Assembly (NCBI GenBank): GCA_964556675.1
Contig: CAZKYN010000002.1
Location: 1-34,214 of the forward strand
Source: an uncultured Syntrophaceae bacterium
GTDB taxonomy: Bacteria > Desulfobacterota > Syntrophia > Syntrophales > UBA4778
DNA length: 34,214 nt
Direction of reading: 5' to 3'
A program made the position numbers and the translations under genes. Positions 8,204-16,496 of this stretch are shown in pieces (the first letter of the stretch is position 1; the number at the start of each line of letters is the position of its first letter). The notes under the pieces were generated by a model, which made no database searches, was not told the origin of the DNA, and saw only the letters and a program-made list of their open reading frames with translations.

Positions 8204-8635
8204 TTATCTGAACCACTTCTTTTTGCCGGGGAAATTGGCCAGCTTCTTCAGGAGGTTATCTTTTCGCTCTCTGCCTGGAAAATCCGGCCCTTTTTTATAG
8301 CTGAAATCGATCCTGTCCTCTTTGAATTCATAATTTTCCAGGTCATCGATAAGTATTCTCGTTCGCGTCACGCTGCTGTTCGAGGGAGTTGCGGATGCTT
8401 TTGGGTCCATTGCCGATTTGGTCCTGGGCGGCAAAGCCCTGCCAGGCTGGATATGATTATGGTCATTTAGAGCCTTCAGGGCCCTTTCCAGGATGTCCGA
8501 GTAATTATCCCCGGTCTTCTCCTTCTCCGAATTTATTATCTGCTGGGCCTCTGCCGACAAAAGGACGGTGAAGGATTTTTTCCCTTCGGCTACCCTTTTT
8601 TCCCGCCATTTCCTGGTCCTGTTTGACCCTGTCAT
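8204..8635 (-). CDS. putative ribbon-helix-helix (CopG/Arc-like) DNA-binding protein
   Basis: 143 aa. The N-terminus RKWREKRVAEGKKSFTVLLSAEAQQIINSEKEKTGDNYSDILERALKAL looks like a beta-strand plus two-helix RHH module, while the C-terminal half is unrecognised. SD GGGAAG upstream. A perfect palindrome lies just upstream. Confidence 0.55.
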   Translation of the reverse strand: MTGSNRTRKWREKRVAEGKKSFTVLLSAEAQQIINSEKEKTGDNYSDILERALKALNDHNHIQPGRALPPRTKSAMDPKASATPSNSSVTRTRILIDDLENYEFKEDRIDFSYKKGPDFPGRERKDNLLKKLANFPGKKKWFR

Positions 8636-8648
8636 TCAGTCGCTTCCC

Positions 8649-8681
8649 GTTACAAGTGACATTAGGTTTGTCACTTGTAAC
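8649..8681. promoter_or_regulatory. perfect 13-bp inverted repeat (candidate operator or RNA hairpin) upstream of the RHH-like gene
   Basis: GTTACAAGTGACA (8649-8661), 7-nt spacer TTAGGTT, TGTCACTTGTAAC (8669-8681). It lies 14-46 nt upstream of the ATG at 8635. Confidence 0.6.
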
Positions 8682-8716
8682 ATTAAAAGTCCTTAGAATT
8701 CAATAGTATTTTGAAT

Positions 8717-9325
8717 TCACGCTGCATTTCTGCCGGAAAGGGCTGCCAGGCTGGATTTTTCAGGGTATTTCGCAGTGATACCCTTATAAAAAAGCTGAAT
8801 GTCTTTCATATCGGCTTCAATGTCGCCCGTCGTATGGAAAACCCGGCCGAAGCCGCCGGCCTTGCGGGCGTAATCAAGAAAACCAAGGGCGATCGGCACC
8901 CCGGCGCCATGGGCTATGTGGTAAAAGCCGGTTTTCCAGTAAGCTGTCTTCTGTCGGGTGCCTTCGGGAGAGATTACCAGGACGATTTTCAATTTCTTTT
9001 TGAAAGCCCGTATGGATTGCTCGACGGCGTTGTTGGATCTGGACCTGTCGATGGGAATGCCTCCCAGGAGGCGGAAGAAGAATCCGAACGGCCGGCGGAA
9101 CATGCTGTCCTTGCCCATCCAGTAAGGTTTTATCTTGAATGAGAGCAGCAGGGCCAGGGAGATGGGAAAATCCCAGTTGGAAGTATGCGGGGCTGCGATC
9201 ACGACGTATTTGTCAAACCGGGGGGCCTGTCCTTCTTTTTTCCATCCAGTCAATTTCAGGTATAAAACAGCGCATATCCTGATTAATCCGGCGAGCAGAG
9301 GGACTTCGAAGATGGTGTAATTCAA
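8717..9325 (-). CDS. PlsC-family lysophospholipid/1-acyl-sn-glycerol-3-phosphate acyltransferase
   Basis: 202 aa with an N-terminal hydrophobic helix, the HxxxxD acyltransferase motif (PHTSNWD) and an xPEGTR block (ISPEGTRQ). TTG start at 9325 with GGAGG 7 nt upstream. Confidence 0.85.
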   Translation of the reverse strand: MNYTIFEVPLLAGLIRICAVLYLKLTGWKKEGQAPRFDKYVVIAAPHTSNWDFPISLALLLSFKIKPYWMGKDSMFRRPFGFFFRLLGGIPIDRSRSNNAVEQSIRAFKKKLKIVLVISPEGTRQKTAYWKTGFYHIAHGAGVPIALGFLDYARKAGGFGRVFHTTGDIEADMKDIQLFYKGITAKYPEKSSLAALSGRNAA

Positions 9326-9327
9326 AT

Positions 9328-9355
9328 GAAAGCCTCCTTCAATAAGGAGGCTTTC
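9328..9355 (-). terminator. perfect 12-bp hairpin downstream of the MCP gene that also contains the acyltransferase SD
   Basis: GAAAGCCTCCTT (9328-9339), loop CAAT, AAGGAGGCTTTC (9344-9355). On the minus-strand RNA the 3' arm carries the GGAGG used by the TTG start at 9325. The trailing U-tract is only moderate (AUUUGAAUU). Confidence 0.45.
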
Positions 9356-9399
9356 TTATTATTTTCCAGGGATATTCTCAATTTTCAGTGAAATGCCTG

Positions 9400-10449
9400 T
9401 CAGTTTGCCTCATCCATCGGCAGAAGCTTCATGTCCAGGTCGGGCAAGCCGTTGGAGCTGCCCTGTCCTACCAGGTAAACCAGCTCGTTTATGACCGATT
9501 TCATGTTCTCCGCCTGGGCGGTCATCTCTTCCGATGCGCTGGCGGACTCTTCGGCGCTGGCGGCCGTCTGCTGGGTCAGATCGTTCATCTGCCTCACCGC
9601 GTCATTGACTTTGATAATGCTCAAGGCCTGGTCCTTGCTCGAGATGTTAATTTCATTTATGAAGGCTGTGGTCTTCTTGGCATCCTGGCCCATCTGGTAA
9701 AAATCCTGCATCGCCTGTCCGACCAGTTCGGAGCCTTCACGGATATGCTGCATGGTTTGATTGATGAGGGTTTCGGTGTCCTTGGTTGCAGCCGTGGACC
9801 TCAGGGCGAGGTTTCGGACCTCTTCGGCAACTACCGCAAACCCGGTCCCCGCTTCACCCGCCCGCGCCGCCTCGACTGCCGCCTTCAGGGCCAGAAGGTT
9901 GATCTGGAAGGCAATCTCGTCGATGGTCCGGACGATCTTGGATGTCTGCTCGCCGTCGGCCGCGATGAGCTTCATGCATTCACTTGTCTTTTTCAACGAC
10001 TGGTTGCTTTTTTTCATGCCCAGGGCGGTTATCTCACCGGATTTTGTTACCTCCTCTACGTTCTTGATGTTTCTGTCCGTCAGTTGAGATATTTCCCCCA
10101 TCGATCCCGATATATGCTCGAGCGACGAGGCCTGCTCGCAGGAGTTCTTGGCTAGATGCTGGCTGCTTTCGGAAACCTGTCCGGATGCGGAGGATATCTG
10201 TTCGAAGCTTTCCCTAAGCATTTCAGTCACGTTCCTGATGGGATTCGTGAGCGTCCTCGCAAAAAATATCCCGGCGCCCCCCAGCACGGCTGCGAGACCG
10301 ATACTGATCATAATCATTGTTGTAATGAATGAGCCGGAATCGACTTTCTTGATCAGCTGGTAATAGGCGGGAATCAGCAGAGCGGCGCTGGTGACAATAA
10401 CAGTCATTACTATCAGGAAAACTATTCTCCCGGAGAAAGAGATATTCAT
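9400..10449 (-). CDS. methyl-accepting chemotaxis protein (short form, minimal periplasmic loop)
   Basis: 349 aa with two N-terminal TM helices separated by only a few residues. It has the conserved MCP signalling hairpin ([37 protein letters not shown]). SD AAAGGAGG upstream. Confidence 0.95.
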   Translation of the reverse strand: MNISFSGRIVFLIVMTVIVTSAALLIPAYYQLIKKVDSGSFITTMIMISIGLAAVLGGAGIFFARTLTNPIRNVTEMLRESFEQISSASGQVSESSQHLAKNSCEQASSLEHISGSMGEISQLTDRNIKNVEEVTKSGEITALGMKKSNQSLKKTSECMKLIAADGEQTSKIVRTIDEIAFQINLLALKAAVEAARAGEAGTGFAVVAEEVRNLALRSTAATKDTETLINQTMQHIREGSELVGQAMQDFYQMGQDAKKTTAFINEINISSKDQALSIIKVNDAVRQMNDLTQQTAASAEESASASEEMTAQAENMKSVINELVYLVGQGSSNGLPDLDMKLLPMDEAN

Positions 10450-10642
10450 GCAAGCCTCCTTTCAGGGCATCAGTTTCAAGAAGCATTAATAGTCATCGGC
10501 TGAATAGCCGTCGGACTTTAGCTTTTCTGTTGAAACCGGTACCGTATGTGACGGCCGGCACTTCCGCCCCTTCCCTGCATCTTTAAAAAACCTGGCTTTT
10601 TCGGCGCGTCCTTAATAATTTATATTTATGAAAGGAGGCTCC

Positions 10643-11155
10643 ATGAAAGTACTTGTGACTTACTACTCGGATACGGGCAATACGGCAAAGCTTGCCCGGG
10701 CCATACACGAATCCCTTCCAGTTAACCGGGAAATAAAGACCTTGGGTGAGGCTCTGGATACGGCGGGATTCGACCTTATATTCTGCGGCTTCCCCGTCCA
10801 CGCCCACAGCGTCCCCCCCGCTTCAGCCAAATTCATCAAAGGGCTTCCGGAAGGGCAGCACATTGTATTTTTTTCCACCCACGGCTCCCGCAGGGGAGGC
10901 AGGCTGCCTGTGCAGGCCCTGGAGCATGCCGTCGGCCTTGCCGTCAAGCAGAAGATTTTGGGCCATTTCGGCTGCCAGGGACAGGTCTCCGAGAAAATAA
11001 TGGATATGCTGAGGGGGAAACTCGAGCACCAGGCCTGGGTAGAAGAGGCGAAGGAGGCGGCAGGTCACCCGGATTCAAATGACCTGGCGGAAGCGAAGAA
11101 ATTCACTTCCGACATGCTGAAGAAATATCGGGAGAAAAAGGCCGGGGGGAAATAA
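10643..11155 (+). CDS. flavodoxin family protein
   Basis: Starts MKVLVTYYSDTGNTAKLARAI (flavodoxin FMN phosphate-binding loop). Start moved to ATG 10643 because AAAGGAGG (10631-10638) lies between it and the upstream in-frame ATG at 10628. Confidence 0.85.
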   Translation: MKVLVTYYSDTGNTAKLARAIHESLPVNREIKTLGEALDTAGFDLIFCGFPVHAHSVPPASAKFIKGLPEGQHIVFFSTHGSRRGGRLPVQALEHAVGLAVKQKILGHFGCQGQVSEKIMDMLRGKLEHQAWVEEAKEAAGHPDSNDLAEAKKFTSDMLKKYREKKAGGK

Positions 11156-11213
11156 GCCGGAAGATTTAAACTTTTGTCTTGATCAATTCGGGGCAACCTA
11201 CTAAGTAGGGCCG

Positions 11214-13118
11214 ATGACAGGGTTGACCAGGAAAAGGGAAGAGAGCCAGTTCGGGCTGCTCAGGATACGACGGTTCGCCCCGTTCTTCTGGACCCAGTTC
11301 TTCGGCGCGTTTAATGACAACGTCTTCAAGAACGCCCTGATTCTGATTATAGCCTATCAAGGCGTCAGGCAATCCCCGGATGTGGATTCCAATGTCCTGA
11401 TAAATATGGCGGCGGGCGCGCTCATCTTACCGTTTTTCCTTTTTTCCGCCCTGGCGGGAGATATCTCCGACAAATACGAGAAGTCAAGGCTGATCAGGTA
11501 CATAAAACTCCTGGAAGTTTGCATAATGGCGCTTGCGGCCGTTGCATTTTATTTCAGCAGCATTGCCTCTTTAATGGTCCTGCTCTTCCTGCTTGGCACC
11601 CAGGCTGCCTTTTTCGGGCCTGTTAAGTACAGCATCCTGCCCCAGCACCTCCAACCTGGAGAACTCGTTGGCGGCAACGCTATGGTGGAAATGGGAACGT
11701 TCGTGGCCATTCTCCTGGGGACGATCGGCGGCGGCATACTTATCCAGATGGAAAACGGGCCTCAAATGGTGGGGGCCGGCGTGATCATGATCTCCCTTGC
11801 AGGCTATGCGGCAAGCCGCTTCATCCCGGAGGCAGCCGCATGTTCGCCCGGTCTGAAAATCAAGTGGAACCCTTTCACGCAAACATGGCGGACCATCCAG
11901 CTGGTCCGCGAACCCGACTCCGTATTCAAGTCTATCCTGGGGATATCCTGGTTCTGGTTCCTCGGGGCCTCCTATCTGACCCAACTGCCTGCATACACGC
12001 GCGACACCCTGCACAGCTCTGAAGGCGTTGTCACGCTGCTTCTGGCCCTGTTTTCGATAGGAGTCGGCGCCGGCTCCCTGATGTGCGAAAGGCTTTCGGG
12101 GCGGAAGGTGGAGCTTGGCCTTGTGCCGCTCGGGTCCATAGGCCTGAGCATCTTCGGATTTGACATATTCTTCGCCTACCAGGCCCCGCAGGTATCAAGC
12201 CTTATGGGATTGAACGAATTCCTGCGCTCTGCCGGAAGCATCAGGGTAATAGTCGATTTCGTGATGATAGGGGTTTCGGGAGGCCTCTTCATAGTGCCCC
12301 TTTACGCCTTTATCCAGATGCGCACGAGACCGGAGATCAGGTCGCGGGTGATTGCGGCCAATAACATCCTCAACGCCCTGTTCATGGTGCTTGCGAGCAT
12401 AATGGGAGCGGTCCTGCTCAGCCGGTTCGATTTGGGAATACCCCGGTTCTTCCTGGTCCTGGTGGCTCTCAACATTGCCGTTGCCCTGTACATCTATTCC
12501 GTTATACCCGAATTCACGATGCGCTTCCTGGTCTGGGTCCTTACAAATACAATGTACCGCGTCAGGACAAGGGACCTCGATCATATCCCGGACGAAGGGG
12601 CTGCCGTTGTGGTCTGTAACCACGTCAGCCTTGTCGACGGTCCGCTGATTGCAGGCGCATGCCGCCGGCCTATCCGTTTTGTCGTTTTCGAGCCCATATA
12701 CAATCTCCCGCTGCTGCATTTCATCTTTAAAACAGGAAAGGCAATACCCATCCACTCCAAAGCCAAAAAGCCGGAAGTGTACAGCCGGGCAATGCATCAG
12801 ATTTCGCAGGCGCTGCGGGAAGGGGAGATCGTGGGCATATTCCCGGAAGGGGAAATGACCCATGACGGCGAGATCGGCGTTTTCAAGCAGGGCATAGAAA
12901 AAATAATCAGGGAAAATCCCGTTCCGGTAGTTCCGCTTGCCCTGAGAGGATTATGGGGAAGCTTTTTCAGCAATGACGGGGGATATGCCATGACCCATTG
13001 GCCGAAGCGCTTCTGGTCGCGGGTCGAACTGCTGGGAGGGCCGCCCGTTGCACCCGAGGAAGTGACGGCCGACGGTTTGAGACGGATTGTCGAGCAGTTG
13101 AGGGCGGAGCACAAATAA
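11214..13118 (+). CDS. fusion of MFS lysophospholipid transporter (LplT-like) and PlsC/Aas-type acyltransferase domain
   Basis: 634 aa. The first ~430 aa form a multi-helix MFS-like membrane domain beginning RFAPFFWTQFFGAFNDNVFKNAL. The C-terminal domain carries the HxxxxD motif (CNHVSLVDG) and FPEGEMT block typical of the Aas acyltransferase domain. No acyl-ACP synthetase (AMP-binding) domain is present. Confidence 0.85.
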   Translation: MTGLTRKREESQFGLLRIRRFAPFFWTQFFGAFNDNVFKNALILIIAYQGVRQSPDVDSNVLINMAAGALILPFFLFSALAGDISDKYEKSRLIRYIKLLEVCIMALAAVAFYFSSIASLMVLLFLLGTQAAFFGPVKYSILPQHLQPGELVGGNAMVEMGTFVAILLGTIGGGILIQMENGPQMVGAGVIMISLAGYAASRFIPEAAACSPGLKIKWNPFTQTWRTIQLVREPDSVFKSILGISWFWFLGASYLTQLPAYTRDTLHSSEGVVTLLLALFSIGVGAGSLMCERLSGRKVELGLVPLGSIGLSIFGFDIFFAYQAPQVSSLMGLNEFLRSAGSIRVIVDFVMIGVSGGLFIVPLYAFIQMRTRPEIRSRVIAANNILNALFMVLASIMGAVLLSRFDLGIPRFFLVLVALNIAVALYIYSVIPEFTMRFLVWVLTNTMYRVRTRDLDHIPDEGAAVVVCNHVSLVDGPLIAGACRRPIRFVVFEPIYNLPLLHFIFKTGKAIPIHSKAKKPEVYSRAMHQISQALREGEIVGIFPEGEMTHDGEIGVFKQGIEKIIRENPVPVVPLALRGLWGSFFSNDGGYAMTHWPKRFWSRVELLGGPPVAPEEVTADGLRRIVEQLRAEHK

Positions 13119-13125
13119 GGGATGC

Positions 13126-13698
13126 ATGCCTGAGTACCCCAAGTATAACTGTTCCCTTATAGAGCTGCCTCAGGGCGATTTGATGGTCCCGCTTTTCTGC
13201 AGGCTTTGCGGAAACTGCTGCCGGAATTATTATGTTCCCGTCGATATCGAATCGCTGCCGGCCGTATCAGAGGCCCTGCATAAGCCCATTCACGCGGTCC
13301 AGTCCATATTAAGCGAAAGGTTGGAGGCTTACAGGCAGGGGAGGCCCGCTGACTGCTGCTTCCTGAAGGAAAAGAGGTGTCTGATCCATGCAGTCAGGCC
13401 GGAAGCCTGCCGCCAATTCCCCTCCTTCACGGACGGCGCTGCGGGAACCGTCGATTGCGCCGCCCACCGGGAATACAAGAGAGTTGAAAAGGCGTTTTGC
13501 CGGGAATTCCAGGCCCGGATCAGTATGCCCGGTTCCTCCCGAAAGCTCAGGCCCGTCCCCGTCAAGCATTGGAAAAATATCATGGGCATCCTTCAAAAGG
13601 AAGATATCTCCCGGGACTTCCTCTCCGCTTTCATCGCCCTTAACATGCCCTTTCCGGCGTCTGCCGGCGAACAAATCCGCCCTATACCGAGCATATAA
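13126..13698 (+). CDS. YkgJ-family cysteine cluster protein (CxxCxxCC, UPF0153)
   Basis: Contains CRLCGNCC near the N-terminus and CCFLKEKRCLIHAVRPEACRQFP later, which is the canonical PF03692-type pattern. It starts 7 nt after the upstream stop, so it is probably co-transcribed. Confidence 0.8.
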   Translation: MPEYPKYNCSLIELPQGDLMVPLFCRLCGNCCRNYYVPVDIESLPAVSEALHKPIHAVQSILSERLEAYRQGRPADCCFLKEKRCLIHAVRPEACRQFPSFTDGAAGTVDCAAHREYKRVEKAFCREFQARISMPGSSRKLRPVPVKHWKNIMGILQKEDISRDFLSAFIALNMPFPASAGEQIRPIPSI

Positions 13699-13750
13699 GC
13701 GGGTGACGGAAACCTGCACGGCAGGTCCCCGGAAAGTTCGGCCTTGATCA

Positions 13751-14092
13751 TCAGGCTTGCTGGTTGAAGGGCGTTACGTGATGCTTCAGGAGATCTTTGG
13801 CGATTGTCGAGCGGAGTTCGGGATCCTTTTCGTACATGACGCACAGGCAATTGGCATCAAAGCGGTTTTCGGCTCCGGCAGGGCCGCCATTGGCATTCAA
13901 TTCTTCGGAGAGGAATTCTGAAACGCCTATGTACCTGACGACGTGCGTCCCGCCGAACGTACCGGGCTTCGTCCTGCGGGTATAGATATATACAGCGCCC
14001 GCATTCTCGAAGTCGGAATCGAGGCTGTACGCCCCGAAACTGTATTTCGTAAAAGAAGAGCCTTCAAACAGTACGTCCGCAAGCTTGGTCAT
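13751..14092 (-). CDS. hypothetical small protein with weak GIY-YIG-like pattern
   Basis: 113 aa. The pattern AGAVYIYTR...VRYIGVSEFLSEEL...ANCLCVMYEKDPELRSTIAKDLLKHHVTPFN resembles small GIY-YIG-like proteins, by eye only. SD-like AGGGAAAGGAA upstream. Confidence 0.5.
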   Translation of the reverse strand: MTKLADVLFEGSSFTKYSFGAYSLDSDFENAGAVYIYTRRTKPGTFGGTHVVRYIGVSEFLSEELNANGGPAGAENRFDANCLCVMYEKDPELRSTIAKDLLKHHVTPFNQQA

Positions 14093-14280
14093 GTTTCAAT
14101 TCCTTTCCCTTACATCTTGGGAGCATATTCGATAATACGCAAGTGGAAATAAACGCAGGATTACAAAGGGTGCGGAAAAGGAACGTACGCAGGCGCGGGC
14201 GGGGCAGGGTTTGCCCTGCTCCTTGGGCAGGCGGATTGCGCAACCTGTTCTTATGCCCGCAGCGGAAACAGCAACAGGCT

Positions 14281-14323
14281 GAAAAAGAAAGTCCAATCAT
14301 ATGCTGCCCCATATGACTGGACT
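14281..14323 (-). terminator. rho-independent terminator of the 76-aa gene
   Basis: 14-bp inverted repeat AGTCCAATCATATG (14290-14303) / CATATGACTGGACT (14310-14323). The single non-Watson-Crick position is a G-U wobble on the minus-strand RNA but an A-C mismatch on the plus-strand RNA. It is followed on the minus strand by UUCUUUUUC. Confidence 0.65.
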
Positions 14324-14376
14324 CTCGGAATCCGTTCTGAGGGGGATCTACAAGGGGTGGATCACGTGAACGGATT

Positions 14377-14607
14377 TTATCGTGAAAATCTTATCGAAAA
14401 TTCTTTTTCAAGGACGCCCAGGGTATAAAGAGAAAACGTCACCGGCCTTATGTAATCCTCGATCTCGGGAAGCTCGGAGCTTACCTTGCCGTCAATTCTC
14501 ACTTCATAACCCAGATTTTCGAATTCGGAACACAATTTCTTCAAAGCGGCCTTTTCATCATATTTAGCCAGGACGTCTTTGATTATACGAGTTATATCTG
14601 TGCTCAT
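14377..14607 (-). CDS. hypothetical small protein
   Basis: 76-aa ORF in an AT-rich segment with its own downstream terminator (14281-14323). I recognise no family. Confidence 0.5.
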   Translation of the reverse strand: MSTDITRIIKDVLAKYDEKAALKKLCSEFENLGYEVRIDGKVSSELPEIEDYIRPVTFSLYTLGVLEKEFSIRFSR

Positions 14608-14861
14608 GCTTGCTAAATGGAAACTTTCATTTAAAGATTTAAGCGAGATTTTTAATCAGAATTTCTTTTTTCAATTGAATGTTTAGTCATTTTTAGACCG
14701 AAAAGGACAATAAGACAACACAAAATAATTGCTAGAATATTACTAAATTAATGCTGGTGTTTTTCCATCCGGTGATAGTATAAAAGGAGCGTTGAAACCG
14801 AATCTCACCATTTCAGATGAGCTGCTGCCGCATGACCAGAGAAAGAGCCGGAGCCGGAACT

Positions 14862-16451
14862 ATGCCTGAAGCGCCCGATGATGATGGAAGGTACCGCGAA
14901 CTGGTCGAAAACCTCCAGGAGGGCATATGGGAGCTTGACGCCAATGCCGATACCGTATTCGTAAATCCCCGGATGACCCAAATGCTGGGTTATCCCGCGC
15001 AAGACATGTTAGGGAAAAATGTTTTTTTATTCATAGATCCCGCTAATTTGAAACGGGCCCGCCGGTATCTCGAACGCCAGCTGAAAGGTATAAAGGAACA
15101 GTTTGACTTCGAGTTCCTGAAGAAGGACGGAACAGTGCTTTATACGCGGATGGAGGCCGGCCCGGTTTTTGACAAGGACGGCCGGACCAGGGGCGTGTTT
15201 GCATCTCTCATGGATATATCCAGGAGGAGAAAGGCGGAAGACGAACTGAAAAAAAGCCGCAGAAACTTTTCACTGGCTTTCCAGTCCAACCCTGCCCCCA
15301 TTGTGATCAGCAATCTGGAACAGGGCAGATATCTGGACGTCAATAAAAGCTGGCTTGACCTGATCGGCTATGAACGCAAAGAGATGATAGGCAAAACGGC
15401 TCAGGACCTGAAAGTCTGGTCCAGTCCCGGACAGCGCGAGGAAATACTTGCAAGGCTCAGGAAAGAGAAGGCGTTCAGGAACGAACCCATCAAACTCAGG
15501 ACGAAGGACGGCACGATAAAAGATATCCTCTGGTCCGCCGAAATAATCGAAATGGACGGAGAGGAGGCAATCCTTTCCATGTTCTACGATGCAACGGTGC
15601 AGAAGAGGAACGAAGAAGCGCTGAGGGAATTTTCGGCTTATGTAAGAAGCCTGATCGAAGCCAGCATCGATCCCCTCATATCGATCAGCGTCGAACGGAA
15701 AATCACGGACGTGAACAGGGCCACGGAACAGTTCCTCGGCATCGACAGGAATTCCCTAATAGGATCTGATTTTTCCCTGTATTTTACAAATCCGGACAAG
15801 GCCGAAGCATTGCATAACAAAGTGCTTTTGGCGGGTTTCGCCAAGAACTGCCCTTTGCAGATGAGGCATAAATCGGGAAAGCCGAGAGATGTGCTGTTCA
15901 ATGCATCTGTATACCGGGACACGTCGGGAAGAGTGCAGGGCGTATTCGCGGCCGCGAGGGACATCGAGGACCAGAAGAGGGCTTTAAAGGCTCTGCACAG
16001 AAGGGACAGGGAGCTTTCCGTAAAGTCGAAAAACCTGCAGGAACTTAATTCAGCTTTGAAGGTCCTGATAAAGCACAGGGAAGACGACAGGAAAGAGCTG
16101 GAGAGCAGGGTCCTGTTGAATGTCAGGAAACTCATCCTCCCTTACCTGGACAAGCTCAAGGCAATATCCGAAGAGCCGGAACAGAAAGCGTACCTGGATA
16201 TCCTGGAGACGCACCTGCAGGATATCATTTCGCCCTTCCTTCACACGCTCACGTCCAACCACCTCGGCCTCACTCCGCGCGAGATCCAGGTAGTCACCAT
16301 GATCAGGGAGGACAAGTCCACGAAGGAAATAGCCGATTCGCTGAACATCTCGACGAAGGCAGTCGAATTCCACCGCAACAGCATCCGCAAAAAATTTCAG
16401 CTTTCGGGGAAAAAGGTCAATCTTAAATCATATCTCAGCAGGCTGGCGTGA
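14862..16451 (+). CDS. PAS-PAS-PAS LuxR-family transcriptional regulator (no receiver domain)
   Basis: Three PAS-like modules (YRELVENLQEGIWELD..., FQSNPAPIVISN..., YVRSLIEASIDPLISI...), a coiled-coil segment, and a C-terminal LuxR/FixJ HTH (LTPREIQVVTMIREDKSTKEIADSLNISTKAVEFHRNSIRKKF). Start preferred at ATG 14862 (GGAG 8 nt upstream). In-frame ATGs at 14817 and 14832 lack an SD. Confidence 0.9.
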   Translation: MPEAPDDDGRYRELVENLQEGIWELDANADTVFVNPRMTQMLGYPAQDMLGKNVFLFIDPANLKRARRYLERQLKGIKEQFDFEFLKKDGTVLYTRMEAGPVFDKDGRTRGVFASLMDISRRRKAEDELKKSRRNFSLAFQSNPAPIVISNLEQGRYLDVNKSWLDLIGYERKEMIGKTAQDLKVWSSPGQREEILARLRKEKAFRNEPIKLRTKDGTIKDILWSAEIIEMDGEEAILSMFYDATVQKRNEEALREFSAYVRSLIEASIDPLISISVERKITDVNRATEQFLGIDRNSLIGSDFSLYFTNPDKAEALHNKVLLAGFAKNCPLQMRHKSGKPRDVLFNASVYRDTSGRVQGVFAAARDIEDQKRALKALHRRDRELSVKSKNLQELNSALKVLIKHREDDRKELESRVLLNVRKLILPYLDKLKAISEEPEQKAYLDILETHLQDIISPFLHTLTSNHLGLTPREIQVVTMIREDKSTKEIADSLNISTKAVEFHRNSIRKKFQLSGKKVNLKSYLSRLA

Positions 16452-16496
16452 TCTGAGCGGCCGACCTGTCCAGCGGATAAGCATGCGGGCCCCAAA

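Noticed and set aside
9388-10155. 255-aa plus-strand ORF antisense to the MCP gene
   Set aside because: This is a shadow ORF of the heptad-repeat MCP coding region, and the MCP signalling motif on the minus strand is definitive.
14204-14219. Minus-strand GCAGGGCAAACCCTGC hairpin reminiscent of the GGCAAACC segment of c-di-GMP-I (GEMM) riboswitches, upstream of the 113-aa gene
   Set aside because: The second conserved half (ACGCAAAGC... and its tetraloop-receptor partner) is absent. Only a short generic hairpin remains.
14064-14312. 82-aa and 66-aa minus-strand ORFs in the spacer between the two small orphan genes
   Set aside because: They overlap the start of the 113-aa gene and the terminator hairpin at 14290-14323. 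They are Arg/Cys/Pro-rich with no SD.
14792-14868. 25-codon upstream ORF (TTG start after AAAGGAG) whose stop overlaps the ATG 14862 of the PAS-LuxR gene
   Set aside because: Only 2 nt separate the SD-like sequence from the TTG, and there is no conservation evidence. The AAAGGAG may be incidental in AT-rich promoter DNA.
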